A stretch of DNA of 64,000 nt. Origin: Squalus acanthias. Lineage: Eukaryota. Location of the stretch: positions 105,402,001 through 105,466,000 of the forward strand of contig CM059431.1 of NCBI GenBank assembly GCA_030390025.1, given 5' to 3'. Both the position numbers and the translations under genes were made by a program. Below the pieces are notes generated by a model. That model made no database searches, was not told the DNA's origin, and saw only the letters and a program-made list of their open reading frames with translations. Numbering within the stretch: position 1 is the first letter of the stretch; the number at the start of each line of letters is the position of its first letter. This document shows, one piece after another, positions 12,188 to 24,834 of the stretch.

Positions 12188-12877
12188 ATAAGCAGAATTA
12201 AGTACATTTTCTGGGGGTCGTTTTTAACTCTCTCCACTGAGTGGAAATGAGACAGAAGCACCCCGAAAATCATGGGGATACATTACCGCCCTATTGCCGC
12301 TCCGTTCAAGCAAGCTGACATTTTCCAGGAGGCCCCGGAATGGGAAGCCCAGGCCTGATTCAAGTGCAAGCCTAATTCTAATACTGTACATGATTTGTTA
12401 AAAAAAAACTGTAGTCCTCTTTAAAGGAACTAATGTATCTTGTGATATTTAATACACTGATTTTTCTTTTCCTTCAAGGTTTTTTCCCGTCACACCTGAC
12501 AGCGCTGACTCTTGCTGGAGTAAGGCTCCACAACCCTTGGGTGCATCACCCTGAATGGCCATTTCTTATTAGACAGACCTTACAGTTTAATGCTCCTGGG
12601 GCAGGGCTTTTGTGCAACAGAAGCACACATTGGGAATTTGGATACAGCGATTTGCATATTTCACAGGCTATTCCGTCCATTTTGAACAGACGTTAGTGCG
12701 AGGTGTGCTGACTTCAGTGCCCAAATTCAACAACAAAACTTGCATTTATATAGCGCCTTTAATGTAGTAAAACATCCCAAGGTGCTTCACAGGAGCCAAG
12801 TAGACAAACAATTCTGAATACACATTCCTATTCGCACAAAGTTCTGCATCATAAAATGAGCTGGTTGAATGATTTAT

Positions 12878-13325
12878 CATACAATCATAGAATGATACTG
12901 CACAGAATGAGGCCATTCGGCCCATCGTGCCTGTGCTGGCTCTTTGAAAGAGCTATCCAATTAGTCCCATTCACCTGCCCTTTCCCCATACCCATGCAAA
13001 TTTTTCCCTTTCAAGTATTTATCCAATTCCCTTTTGAAAGTTATTATTGAATCTGTTTCCACCGCCCTTTCAGGAAGATCATAATAACTCACTGCGTAAA
13101 AGAAATTCTCCTCATCTCGCCTTTGTGGTTTCTTTTGCCAATTACCTTAAATCTGTGTCCTCTGGTTAACGACCCTTCTGCCACTGGAAACCGTTTCTCC
13201 TTATTTTATTCTATCGAAACCCTTCTTGATTTTGAACGCCTCTATTAAATCGCCCATTAACCTTCTCTGCTCTAAGGAGAACAACCCCAGCTTCTCCAGT
13301 CTCTCCGTGTAACTGAAGTCCAGCA
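12878..13325 (-). mobile_element. CR1 LINE 3' fragment
   Basis: ERLEKLGLFSLEQRRLMGDLIEAFKI; CR1 tail. Confidence 0.85.
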
Positions 13326-14045
13326 TCTGAAGACTGTTAACAGTTAATTCTGTACAACCAATATTAATTAGTAGCACCCTAACAACTCTGGACAAAATGC
13401 ATAAGAATAGCCTGCACTGAGGATATTTTGTCGTGACTGTTTTAACATTCAGTTTAGTCCTTCTGGTCATTACCTCATTTTTGTATTTTTTTACTATGCT
13501 GTAAGATCTTTGAAATTGAGGTTCAGCATTATGATCCAGAACTGGGATATTTTAATGAGTCATTATTTGATTTTCAGAAAGCTGAAAAATTGCTCCAGAA
13601 ACCAGTAATTATTTAAGCTTAATAAGCCCTGGCTCAAAGTTACACCCTGCAGACCTACCATCCCTTTCCTACTTGGAGTTTTACGTGCTTGGCTGCAATC
13701 TCACACCCTCCAGCTCGAGGATAGCAATCACCAATCTCCGCCGTGCCAACACATCTCAGCTGTGCAGCTTCCTTTTGCTATCTCCAGCTGGGCTATTCCA
13801 GACTCCACACTGCCAGTACCGTTCCCCTATTAAACTATATCAGCGACCCTAGCCAGGTGGGCTGTTGGACAAAAAAAAACAGAAAGAGATTAAAGCAAAA
13901 ATGCAGAAGAAAACAAAATAAAGGAATAAAAAGATTAAAATTAGCGTAAGGAAAGAAATCTCAGAAAAAAAAGTGCGAGAATATAGGACAAGAGCATTAA
14001 TGCTTGGCTGACATGATACGGAAAGATCAGAAAGTCAAACCACTA

Positions 14046-14459
14046 GAAAGAAACAAAGATTTGCATTTATATAGTGCCTTTCATGACCACCAGATGTCCC
14101 AAAGTGCTTTACAGCCAATGAAGTACTTCTGGAAGTGTGGTCACCGTTGTAATGTAGGAAATGCAGCAGCCAATTTACACACAGCAAGCTCTCACAAACA
14201 GCAATGTGATAATGACCAGATAATCTATTTTTGATGTTGATTGAAAGATAAATAGTGCTATAGGATCTTTTACGTCCACCTGAAAGAGCAGACGGGGCCT
14301 TGGTTTAACATCTCATCCGATAGACGGCACCTCCAACAGTGCAGCACTCCCTCAGTACTGTGTCAGCCTAGATTTATGTGCTCAAGTCTCTGGAGTGGGA
14401 CCTGAACCCACAATCTTCATGACTCAGAGGCAAGGGTGCTACCAACTGAGCCACAGCTG
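14046..14459 (-). mobile_element. SacSINE1-type SINE (internal deletions)
   Basis: Reverse complement of tRNA head and L2-like tail. Confidence 0.85.
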
Positions 14460-14667
14460 TATTTCTTTAACAATGCAAGCAGGAACTATATTTTCAACAC
14501 CTTTTCATGTTGCTGTGAACTTGGGGAGGCAAGGTTCCAAACATGTTGCTCAATCTCCTTCAACGACCTTGGCTTCTCACTGCCAATATAATTTTCTTGA
14601 ATTGATCGCAAATGGCTAATCAATATTTTTCAATTATTAAAATCTGAACGGTGGTACATCAGACTCC

Positions 14668-15215
14668 GAGACTTCGATATTAACCCCCCCACGACAAGCA
14701 GGAGACAGTCGGGGTGGCAGTGGGGTGGCATTTACCACTTAAATATGGGAAACAGGTCCCCAACTCGGCACACACGCAGCCACCACCCTTTTTATGGTGG
14801 TGGATATTGGGCCATCTGAGTGTCCCACCATGAAGAGGTGAGACACTTCATGAACATATTTCAATCGGGCTCCCACACTTGGAAGTAAAAGGGAGGCGGG
14901 AGCTGTTGGCTCCCCAGGTTGAGTACCTTCTCTATCACTCTCTGATGGCTAGGAGGAGCATGAGTGCTCCTCCCGCCCCAGCCCACTCAAGGAGGATTTC
15001 GGCCTCCCTCACCCTGCCGATTATGGCCTCTCTCTCTCTCTCTCTCTCTCGCTCGCTCTCCCTCCAGCCCCAAATCTCTCCCCCCCCCCAGCCCCGATGG
15101 CCGACCATCCCCAGCCCTATCCCGACATTCATACTTCTGGTGTGGGCCAACCTCTTCCAGGTAATTTCTGAAAGATGAATTGGCTCAATCCGCTTCTCCC
15201 TGACGTTACCCAGCA
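14668..15215. mobile_element. MITE-like element (family C), degraded
   Basis: Terminus cttcgatattaacccccc and interior shared with 54968-55735 and 61410-61907. Confidence 0.55.
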
Positions 15216-16519
15216 TTGCAATTCAGCTGCTCTAATTAGAAGCAAATCCAATTAACAACTTGAAGCAGCTGCATCATCAAAGATAAGACAGCGAACTTGG
15301 GTTCAAGGAGAGACAGGTAATCCCTTGTGTCCTGTATGATGGACACAGCATGTCCCTTTTACCATGCTTATGTTTTTGGCTCACGGCAATGCCTTGGGTG
15401 CATAGCTGACTCAGGACTGAAAATCTCATGCCTAGGATATGTCCACAGTTGACAGTTCTGCTTACAGGTACAGATAAAGCATCTGCTGACCATCCCTTCA
15501 TAGTCAGGGTCGCCTTGGCAACAGGGTGCACGGCTCTGTGTGATTATTAGCAAAATACATTTCTTTTTTCTGTCCTCTTCGAAATATCATTCAGAGGTCT
15601 GCAATTCCCTCAGAAACAGACGGGGTCTCACACCATACTTTAATTGAAAGTAAAGGGAAGCTAGACGAACACATGCGGGGGGAAAAAGGAATTGAAGGTT
15701 ATGCTGATGGGGTGAGATGAAGACGGGTGGGAGGAGGCCCGTGTGGAGCATGAACACCGGCACGGAGCAGCGGGGCAGAACAGCCTGTTTCTGTGCTGTA
15801 CATTCTGTGTAATTCTGCGCAAAGTCTGAAAGGATTTGTGAAAACTTATGGAAAGTTATCCAACTCTTTCACAGTGTTTGCAAAAGATAATTGAGAAGTT
15901 TTTAAAAGATGGTGCCACCGTACAGGTGCAATGGAGGACATGCACAGATAGCGATAGGAAATCTATAATGGAAGCTTAATCTATAATCGGTATTGTTGAG
16001 ACGCGGTGAAGATCTTTTCAGGCATTCAAGCCTTTCACAGCAACTAAATCAGAATAGTCTTTCTTGCGCTTAAAAACCACAGCCACTAAGCAACAGTTTC
16101 TCCCACTCCCCTGCATGTTCAGTTTGTACTTTTTCAAACATGTGACCGAGTTAGCAATAGGTATACAATTTTCATACAAGACCTTTTTGTGCTCGTCGAA
16201 CAATATTCCATAATTCCTTTTGGTGTTAATTCGGGTGGACTATTGATTTCAAGTATGTTTTTATATTGAAAATACATAGTGAATGTAATTAATGACCCGT
16301 GATAATGCGTTGCTTTGAGTTCAAAATTCAATACATGATCATAAAGTGGGTTCTAAACTACAAGTAATAATTACATATTATACAATAACAACAACATTCA
16401 ATTACATTCAAACTCAGGCCAACGCCAAGCCCAAGTGCAATCGGCCCTCGGCATCATTTCTGCATCAGTGGCAGTGAGCAGAAAGCGCCGCACTCCTCGG
16501 GCAGAGTAATCCTGTCGGG

Positions 16520-16925
16520 GTTTCAAAATTCTCATCCTTGTTTTCAAATCCCTCCATGGCCTCGCCCCTCCCTATCTCTGTAATCTCCGCCAGCCCCACA
16601 ACCTCCCGAGATATCTGCGCTCCTCCAATTCTGACCTCTTGAGCATCCCTGATTATAATCGCTCAACCATTGGTGGCCGTGCCTTCTGTTGCCTAGGCCC
16701 TAAGCTCTGGAATTCCTTCCTCAAACCTCTCCGGCTCTCTACCTCTCTTTCCTCCTTAAAGACGCTCCTTAAAACCTATTTCTTTGACCAAGCTTTTGGT
16801 CACCTGCCCCAAATTTCTCCTTATGTGGCTTAGTGTCAAATTTTTTGACTTATAATACTCCTGTGCAGCGCCTTGGGACGTTTTACTATGCTAAACGCGC
16901 TATATAAATACAAGTTGTTGTTGTT
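16520..16925 (+). mobile_element. L2 LINE 3' fragment
   Basis: Near-identical to 1-404. Confidence 0.9.
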
Positions 16926-17219
16926 GGATAGCAAGTCAGCTCACGGCCACCCGTTTTTTGTGGCATAAAATCAGTATCAGACCTCCGATTTTCAGTGATA
17001 CAAGGGTATTTATAGGAATCAGATTTAGGAAGGATAGGATTAAAGACAGTGAGGTACTCGCACTGCTGCAATATTCTGTTTTGGGGAAGTATCGCTCGTA
17101 AATACAAAATAAAAAGGTCTTCGATTGTTCTGCAAAAAGGATCTAGTACAACAGAAAATTTAAAAGGTTCCAGTTAAAGATCACTTCAGAGCACATCTTT
17201 AAAGCTGTTTAAAAATAGC

Positions 17220-18955
17220 AAGAAAGAACTTGCAATTATCAAGCGCCTTTCACGACCTCAAGATGTCCCAATGCACTTTACAGCCAATGAAGTACTTTTG
17301 AAGTGTAGTCGCTGTTGTAATGTAGCAAGCTTGGCAGCCAGTCTGTGCACAGCAAGGTCCCACAAACAGAGATATGGTAATGACCAGATAACAAAAGAAC
17401 ATAAGAACTAGGAGCAGGAGTAGGCCATACGGCCCCTCGAGCCTGCTCCGCCATTCAATAATATCATGGCTGATCATCGACCTCAACTCCACTTTCCTGG
17501 CCGATTCCCATATCCCTTGACTCCCCTAGAGTCCAAAAATCTATCTATCTCAGCCTCGAATATCCTCAATGACTGAGCATCCACAGCCCTCTGGGGTAGA
17601 GAATTCCAAAGATTCACCACCCTCTGAGTGAAGAAATTTCTCCTTATCTCAGTCCTAAATGGCCGACCCCTTATCCTGAGACTATGCCCCCTAGTTCTAG
17701 ACTCTCCAGCCAGGGGAAACAACCTCTCAGCATCTACCCTGTCAATCACCCTCAGAATCTTATATGTTTCAATGAGATCGCCTCTCACTCTTCTAAATGC
17801 CAGAGCATATAGGCCCAATGGGTACTTTTCAGAATGGCAGGCAGTGACCAGCGGGGTACCGCAGGGTTCGGTGCTGGGGCCCCAGCTGTTTACATTATAT
17901 ATTAATGATTTGGACGAAGGGATTAATTGTAATATCTCCAAATTTGCGGATGACACTAAATTGGGAGGCAGTGTGAACAATGAGGAGGATGCTAGGAGGC
18001 TACAGAGTGACTTGGACAGGTTGGGTGAATGGGCAAATGTATGGCAGATGAAGTACAATGTGGATAAATGTGAGGTTATCCACTTTGGTGGTAAAAATAG
18101 GGAGGCAGACTGTTACCTGAATGGTGGCAGATTAGGGAAAGGGGAGGTGCAATGAGACCTGGGTGTCATGGTACATCAGTCACTGAAGGTGGGAAGGCAA
18201 GTGCAGCAGGCAGTCAAGAAAGCAAACGGAATGATGGCCTTCATAGCAAGGGGATTTGAGTACAGGAGTAGGGAGGTGATGCTACAGTTGTACAGGGCCT
18301 TGGAGTATTGTGTGCAGTTTTGGTCTCCTAACTTGAGGAAGGACATTCTTGCTATTGAGGGAGTACAACGAAGGTTCACTAGATTGATTCCTGGGATGTC
18401 CAGACTGACATATCAAGAAAGACTGGATCAACTGAACTTGTATCCTCTGGAGTTCAGAAGAATGAGGGGGGATCTTATAGAGACGTTTAAAATCCTGACT
18501 GGTTTAGACAAATTAGATGCGGGCAGAATGTTTCCAATGTTAGGGAAAACTAAAACCAGGGGTCACAGTCTAAGGATAAAGGGGAAGCCATTTAAGACTG
18601 AGATGAGGAGGAATTTCTTCACCCAGAGAGTGGTGAATCTGTGGAATTCTCTACCACAGAAGGTTGTTGAGGCCAGTTCGCTAAATATATTCAAAAGGGA
18701 GTTAGATATAACACTCACAACTAGGGGGATCAAGGGGTATGGCGAGAAAGCAGGAATGGGGTACTGAGGTAGCATGTTCAGCCATGAACGCATTAAATGG
18801 CGGTGCAGGCTCGAAGGACCGAATGGTCTACTCCTGCACCTATTTTCTATGTTTCTATGTAATCTACTCAATCTCTCCTCACAGGACAACCCTCTCATCT
18901 TAGGAATCAATCTAGTGAATCTGTTTTAGTGATGTTGGTTAAGGGATAAATGTTG
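17220..18955 (-). mobile_element. SINE remnant containing a minus-strand CR1 (17393-17819 and 18860-18920)
   Basis: SINE sequence breaks at gaccagata and resumes at atctgttttagtgatg; CR1 peptide LGLYALAFRRVRGDLIETYKIL. Confidence 0.8.
17820..18859 (+). mobile_element. CR1 LINE, about 1 kb, RT C-terminal half, nested in another CR1
   Basis: ORFs 17628..18155 and 18168..18767 (GVPQGSVLGPQLFTLYINDLD...KFADDTKL); one stop and a short deletion; tail ttctatgtttctatgt. Confidence 0.92.
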
Positions 18956-19256
18956 AATAAATAATAGATAAATTATTTAAATAATGACATTGGACTTGAT
19001 GATCACTGCAATGTTGGGCAATCCTGAATTGACACCATTGAGTTTATATATTGGTAGGTGACACAGTCACCTATAGTGGGACCTTTGACTTTTGTTCTTA
19101 CATTCAACTTTTAATGCCAGAATTGAACCTATTAGGAAGGTAAGTGTAAAGTCACCTCTTACCTGTACCGCAAACTGTCAATATGGTGTCAATGCTTTGT
19201 CTTGCATCAATAATGTTAATGTATCAGCAAGGTCTTCATCCTATCTTCTCTTATAC

Positions 19257-19729
19257 TGTCAGTTGTGACTCAGTGGGCAGCACTCTCATGTCTGAATCAG
19301 AAGATTGTGGGGTTCAAGACTCACACCAGAGACCTGAGCACAAAATCTAGGCTGACACTCCAGTGCAGTGCTGAGGGAGCGCTGCGCTGTCGGAGGTGCC
19401 GTCTTTCAGATGAGACGTTAAACCGAGGCCCCGTCTGCTCTCTCAGGTGGACGTAAAAGACGCCATGGCACTATTTCGAAGAAGAGCAGGGGAGTTCTTC
19501 CTGTTGTCCTGACCAATATTTATCACTCAACCAACATCATTAAAAACAGGTGATCTGGTCATTATCACATTGCTGTTTGTGGGAACTTGCTGTGCACAAA
19601 CTGGCTGCCGCGTTTCCTACATTACAACAGTGACCGCACTTCAGAATGTATTTCATTGGCTGTGAAGCGCTTTGGAACGTCCTGAGGTTGTGAAAGGCGC
19701 TATAGAAATGCAAGTCTTTCTTTTCTTTC
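19257..19729 (+). mobile_element. Full-length SacSINE1/DeuSINE-type SINE
   Basis: tRNA head with A/B boxes, central domain, L2-like tail. Confidence 0.9.
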
Positions 19730-20251
19730 TACAACAAATATTCATAACGACTTTTTAAGGTTCTTGTAGATCAGTGGCTAATCGACTTTGCAATTTCTCA
19801 ATTAGGAAATTAAATTACAAATACAAGCCTTCTGTTACTTTATTCCTCTCATTAAAACAACAGTGTAGATGTAAATCAGCACTGCAAATAGATCTTCAAA
19901 GTAGGCTAATTCAGCATTCTTTTAAGTACAAGGGGATCAGCACTAAATCATGTACGTGTGGCCTCCGTACTCCATTTTACCCTTTGTAATTTCCTTCCTG
20001 CTGCTGCTCCATGTCAGCTGTGGAAACCTACACGTCTCATTATGGACTGGGAGGGAATCCAGGTCCGCACTTTTAGATTTAACAGGTAGCCCGCTTGCAG
20101 GCTGCGATATCCACAGAGAATGTGAATCTCTGATACTGTCGGCTCTTGAGAAGTTAGGTCAATTATTTTAAAGATTGCCATTGACTATGGGAGCAAAAAA
20201 ATCTACAGTCAACGGTGAGAGTACCACAAGTCTGCAGTCAATAACACTCAT

Positions 20252-21608
20252 AGGAACATAACAAATAGGAGCAGGAATAGGTCATACAGCCCCCCGAGCC
20301 TGCTCCGCCATTCAATAAGATCATGGCCGATCTTCGACCTCAACTCCACTTTCCCGCCATATCCCCATATCCCTTGATTCCCCTGGAATCCAAAAATCTA
20401 TCGATCTCAGCCTTGAATATACTCAATGACTCAGCATCCACAGCCCTTTGGGGTAGAGAATTCCAAAGATTCACAACCCTCTGAGTGAAGAAATTCCTCC
20501 TCATCTCAGTCTTAAATGGCCGACCCCTTATCCTGAGACTATGCCCCCTAGTTCTAGACACTCCAGCCAGGTGTTAGAAACTAGGGGTGCCTAAAAATGT
20601 ATATGGCTACACGAATAATACTGTGTTTAAATGATAAGTTTTGTTTTCCTGGAAAGCTTGCATTAGAATTTGAGACAGTCTTTTTGATCAGTTAGATTAG
20701 GTGAAACATAAACATTCCACACGGGGGCCCATAGGATGGCCCTGCCAGGCTAGTTATCTGTTGTTTGTAAGTTAGGGTTTTGACTTTGTTAATGTATCTT
20801 TTAATTTGGCCAGTGAAGGCCCAACCTATGTTTCTTCCATTATTAACTAATAACCATATTATAATCTCCACAGATAGAATTTGGAGTTTGTTTAGCAGAA
20901 CTGCTTGTGAAGATAATTAAAAGTTAATTAGGAAAAGACATAGAATGAAAGGAATTTGAGGAGGCTAAGGTATCCATCTTAGAATGGGCCATTTGCTAGA
21001 TGAAGGTGAGATAGCCCAAGCAGCTGCAAATTGCTATGCATTTTGAAAGGGAAAAAAAGGTATAAAACAACAGCTATTGAACACTGAAAGCAGCGTAATT
21101 CATGGGATGTCTGGCTATGTAAAAGTTCTCAGAGAAAAGATCACAGCAGAAAAGGGGAGGGAATCATGAAGGTCAGAATGGTGAGATCGCGACTGGTTAA
21201 TGTGCGACAGCTCTGGCTGGGGGCAGAAGGACAGGGCCGGGCCTTGTACTTGCTGGGTTAAGGGGGAGAGAGTAAAAAGAGATAGGATGGATTCCAATGG
21301 AGGAACCTTCAAAATGTAAAAACAAGAAAGATAAATTGGATGAAGTAATGAGACCCTTTTTTGGGGAGGGCTTTCATCCAAGAACCAAGACAAAGAACTT
21401 GAGCTGTCATTGGTTGATGAAGTTTTGGAGGAACCTCTATAGGTTAAATGGTCTTGTCAATAACTTGGCCTCAGGCCCACCCCTAAAAAGAGAATAAAAA
21501 GTGACACCCCAAGGGCTTGCACACAGACGGTGGAGGGGAGAGCCGAGCAGAAGTTGGGCTGGTCGAACGCTCTTTTGAGAGTGATCCCATGCTCATCATC
21601 GAAGGCCC

Positions 21609-21640
<32 letters not shown>

Positions 21641-22020
21641 CCAGAAGCCAGAGAACTGTTCATGCATGCCAGTCGTCTGTCTGATCGGGTCCGGTACAAG
21701 CTGCTTGTTACGGTCGTATGTTTTTGCTGTATTACTGGTGTGTTATATTCCATCCTAAACTATGATTAAACACAATATACCCACCATATTGGTTTGCACT
21801 CGATCCTGTTTACCAGAGATACGTGAATCTCTACACAGGGGATACATCCTCTCAGCATCTACCTTGTCAATCCCCCTCAGAATCTTATATGCTTCAATGA
21901 GATCACCTCTCAGTCTCCTACACTCCAGTTTGCCCCAATCTACTCAATCTTTCCTGATAGGACAACCCTCTCATCTCAGGGATCAATCTATTGAACTTTC
22001 ATTGCACCGCCTCTAAGGCA
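20252..22020 (-). mobile_element. CR1 3' fragment split by a solo LTR
   Basis: ctccagccagg|ggatacatcctctcagc is contiguous once 20572-21839 is removed. Confidence 0.9.
20572..21835 (+). mobile_element. Solo LTR (ERV1-like or Gypsy)
   Basis: TG...CA termini (tgttaga...tctaca); TSD cagg at 20568-20571 and 21836-21839; attaaa at 21765; (GA)n at about 21610-21638. Strand is inferred from the attaaa position. Confidence 0.85.
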
Positions 22021-23249
22021 CGTATGTCCATACTCCTTTAATGTGGAATTGTCCTTTGATGGAAGGGGGCTGTTGCTACGGTGACTTCTCAGGTTATCTT
22101 ACTCACAGATTTTATTCCTTGGCATGGAATAATCCAAAATTAGTCCTTCCTACTGCATACTTGATGTAAAGATCTAGTGATGCTTTGAACTGACATGCCA
22201 GTTTGTCAACATTTTGGGAGGTCATCCCCATAATGTATTTTGTGGAGATGAAATCACTGTGACATTCCTGGAAGGAATCTGCAAATGACACATCCGTTTA
22301 ATTTCCATTTAAAATTAAAATTCACATCTATCTATCTTATTTCATCGCGTGCACAGTATATATAAAATACAGGTGACTGAGCCATGCATTAGAACCTGTG
22401 TCCCAACTGGATATTGACAGTAACAGGGCAGCCCATTTGTACGATACAAATCATATTCCACAGATCCTCATCCTCTAATCTGCAATATGGTCACAAATAA
22501 GAATGGCAATTTGAAAGTTCGAAAAACGATTCATTACATAAGAACATAAGAACATAAGAAATAGGAGCAGGAGTAGGCCATACAGCCCCTCGAGCCTGCT
22601 CCGCCATCCAATAAGATCATGGCATTACTTAGGGGTTTTATTCCGTTGCGCATGTTTTACAGATGGAAGATGGGTGCAGCGGGCCCAATTTTGGGGATCA
22701 ATCTCCTGCGCCCCCCCCCCCCCACCCCCCCCCCGCAGGACACCTGACAAACACGACCGAGGCAGAATTGGGTCGTGCCTTTTGTCAGGTGCCCCTGGCG
22801 CCGCCTAAAACAGGCTTTAGGCCCGACATTCGTCATCTTCAATGCACGAGCTGCCTGTGGAGGCGGGACGGGCATCGGCAGCTCACACAAAAAATTATAA
22901 TGATATTGGGCCTCGGGCCCCTCGCTAACGGCACGCTCCTCCTGCGCAGTGCTGTGTCTGGATTTGTTCCCTGTGTTTCCCACAAACAAGCTAGCTCTTT
23001 AATGATGCGCATTTTCTTTTCCAACCTTAGCTACTGAAGATGTTGTCAGCTCCACTCATGCTGTAACAAGATTGCAACCTTTTTAGATAGCCTCCCAAGA
23101 TGCCACTGCGATAGAAGAAAATTTGAAGGCAAATTATCCGCAGAACCCACAGTAGATTTGTTTTATTGTGTTGCTCGGGGTTTTATGGATCTTGTTGGTT
23201 GCTCATCCTGGTGCTGAATAATACGAAAGGCAGACAGCATATTTCTCTT

Positions 23250-23600
23250 TGCAATAGTTATTCATGTTGGAGGCTTTTTTCTCTTGCGTCTAATCTCCAG
23301 TGTGGTTCGAAGAGATTTCAGTGTCAATTAGGTGTTGCAAGCAGAGTGGTTTTTTGCAATGTGTTTTTCAGTGTTGACGTTGGCTTGCTGTAGTGTTCTT
23401 TACACTCGTTTTCTCAATGCCCCTCATAGGCTGAGCTTTGTGTGAAATTTGGCGTTCTTGTGGATTTAGTATGTTGATTGGGATACGGAAAGTGGCATCC
23501 GGATGCACACAGCTGGAGGGCCATTTATCCAGAAGATATGTGATGTATCCTTGCTGTCCTGCTCAGACATGGTGTGTGACAGTGTTCAATGAGGTGAGTG
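23250..23600 (-). mobile_element. Ancient RTE-like remnant
   Basis: Weak frameshifted similarity to the RTE C-terminus seen at 2608-3060. Confidence 0.35.
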
Positions 23601-23647
23601 GACTGCAGATTGAAGCATGCTAGACCAGGAACTTTAGTTTTTCCACA

Positions 23648-24163
23648 AACAACAACAACAGGAACTTGCATTTATAGAGCACCTTTAACGTAGTAAAACG
23701 TCCCAAGGCGCTTCACAGGAGTATTACCAAACAAAATTTGACACCGAGCCACAGAAGAAGATATGAGGGTTGAGGACCGAAAGCTTGTTCAAAGAGGAAG
23801 GTTTTAAGGAGCGTCTTAAAGGAGGAAAGAGAGCCGGAGAGGCGGAGAGGTTTAGGGAGGGAATTCCAGAGCTTAGGGCCCAGGCAGCTGAAGGCACGGC
23901 CACCAATGGTGGAACGATTAAAATCAGGGGATGCACAAAAGGCCAGAATTGGAGGAGCGCAGAGATCTCAGAGGGTTGTAGGGCTGGAGGAAGTTACAGA
24001 GATAGGGAGGGGCGAGGCCATGGAGGGATATGAAAACAAGGATGAGAATTTTAAAATCAAGGCATTGCTTAACCGGGAGCCAATGTAGGTCAGCGAGCAC
24101 AGCGGAGATGGGTGAGCGGGACTTGGTGTGAGTTAGGATACGGGCAGCCAAATTTTGGATGAG
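23648..24163 (-). mobile_element. L2 LINE 3' fragment
   Basis: ORF 23924..24151 (AARILTHTKSRSPISAVLADLHWLPV). Confidence 0.9.
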
Positions 24164-24256
24164 CTTTTAAATGGCCTGCAAGGTTTACTACCATCATATC
24201 TTATCGATTCCGGTTATGTCTTTTCTTTCGAATGCTTCGTTCTACCGTTGATCAGA

Positions 24257-24833
24257 AGAACATTAGAACATAAGAAATAAAAGCAGTAGCAGGCAAAAAG
24301 GCCCCTCGAGCCTGCTCCGCCATTCAATAAGATCATGGTTGATCATCGACCAACTCCACTTTCCCACCCGATCCCCATATCTCTTGATTCCCCTAGAGTC
24401 CAAAAATGTATCGATCTCAGCCTTGAATATACTCAAAGACTCAGCATTCACAGCCCTCTGGGGCAGAGAATTCCAAAGATTCACAACCCTCTGAGCTGAA
24501 GAAATTCTTCCTCATCACAGTCTTAAACTGGCCGACCCCTTATCCTGAGACTATGTCCCCTAGTTTTAGACACTCCAGCCAGGGGAAACAACCTCTCAGC
24601 ATCTACCCTGTCAATCCCCTTCAGAATCTTGTATGTTTCAATGAGATCAACTCTCATTCTTCTAAACTCAAGAGAGCAAAGGCCCATTCTATACAATCTC
24701 TCATCATAGGACAGTCCTCTCATACCAGGAATCAATCTAGTGAACCTTCATTGCACCGCCTCCAAGGCAAGTATATCCTTCCTTAGATAAGGAGACCAAA
24801 ACTGTGCATAGTACTCCAGGTGTGGTCTCACCA
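24257..24833 (-). mobile_element. CR1 LINE 3' fragment
   Basis: LVRPHLEYYAQFWSPYLRKDI through the tail. Confidence 0.9.
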
Positions 24834-24834
24834 A

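Noticed and set aside
19257..19330. tRNA gene (also at 9007, 53543, 56920, 39780)
   Set aside because: The A/B boxes are SINE heads continuing into the SINE body; no complete cloverleaf seen
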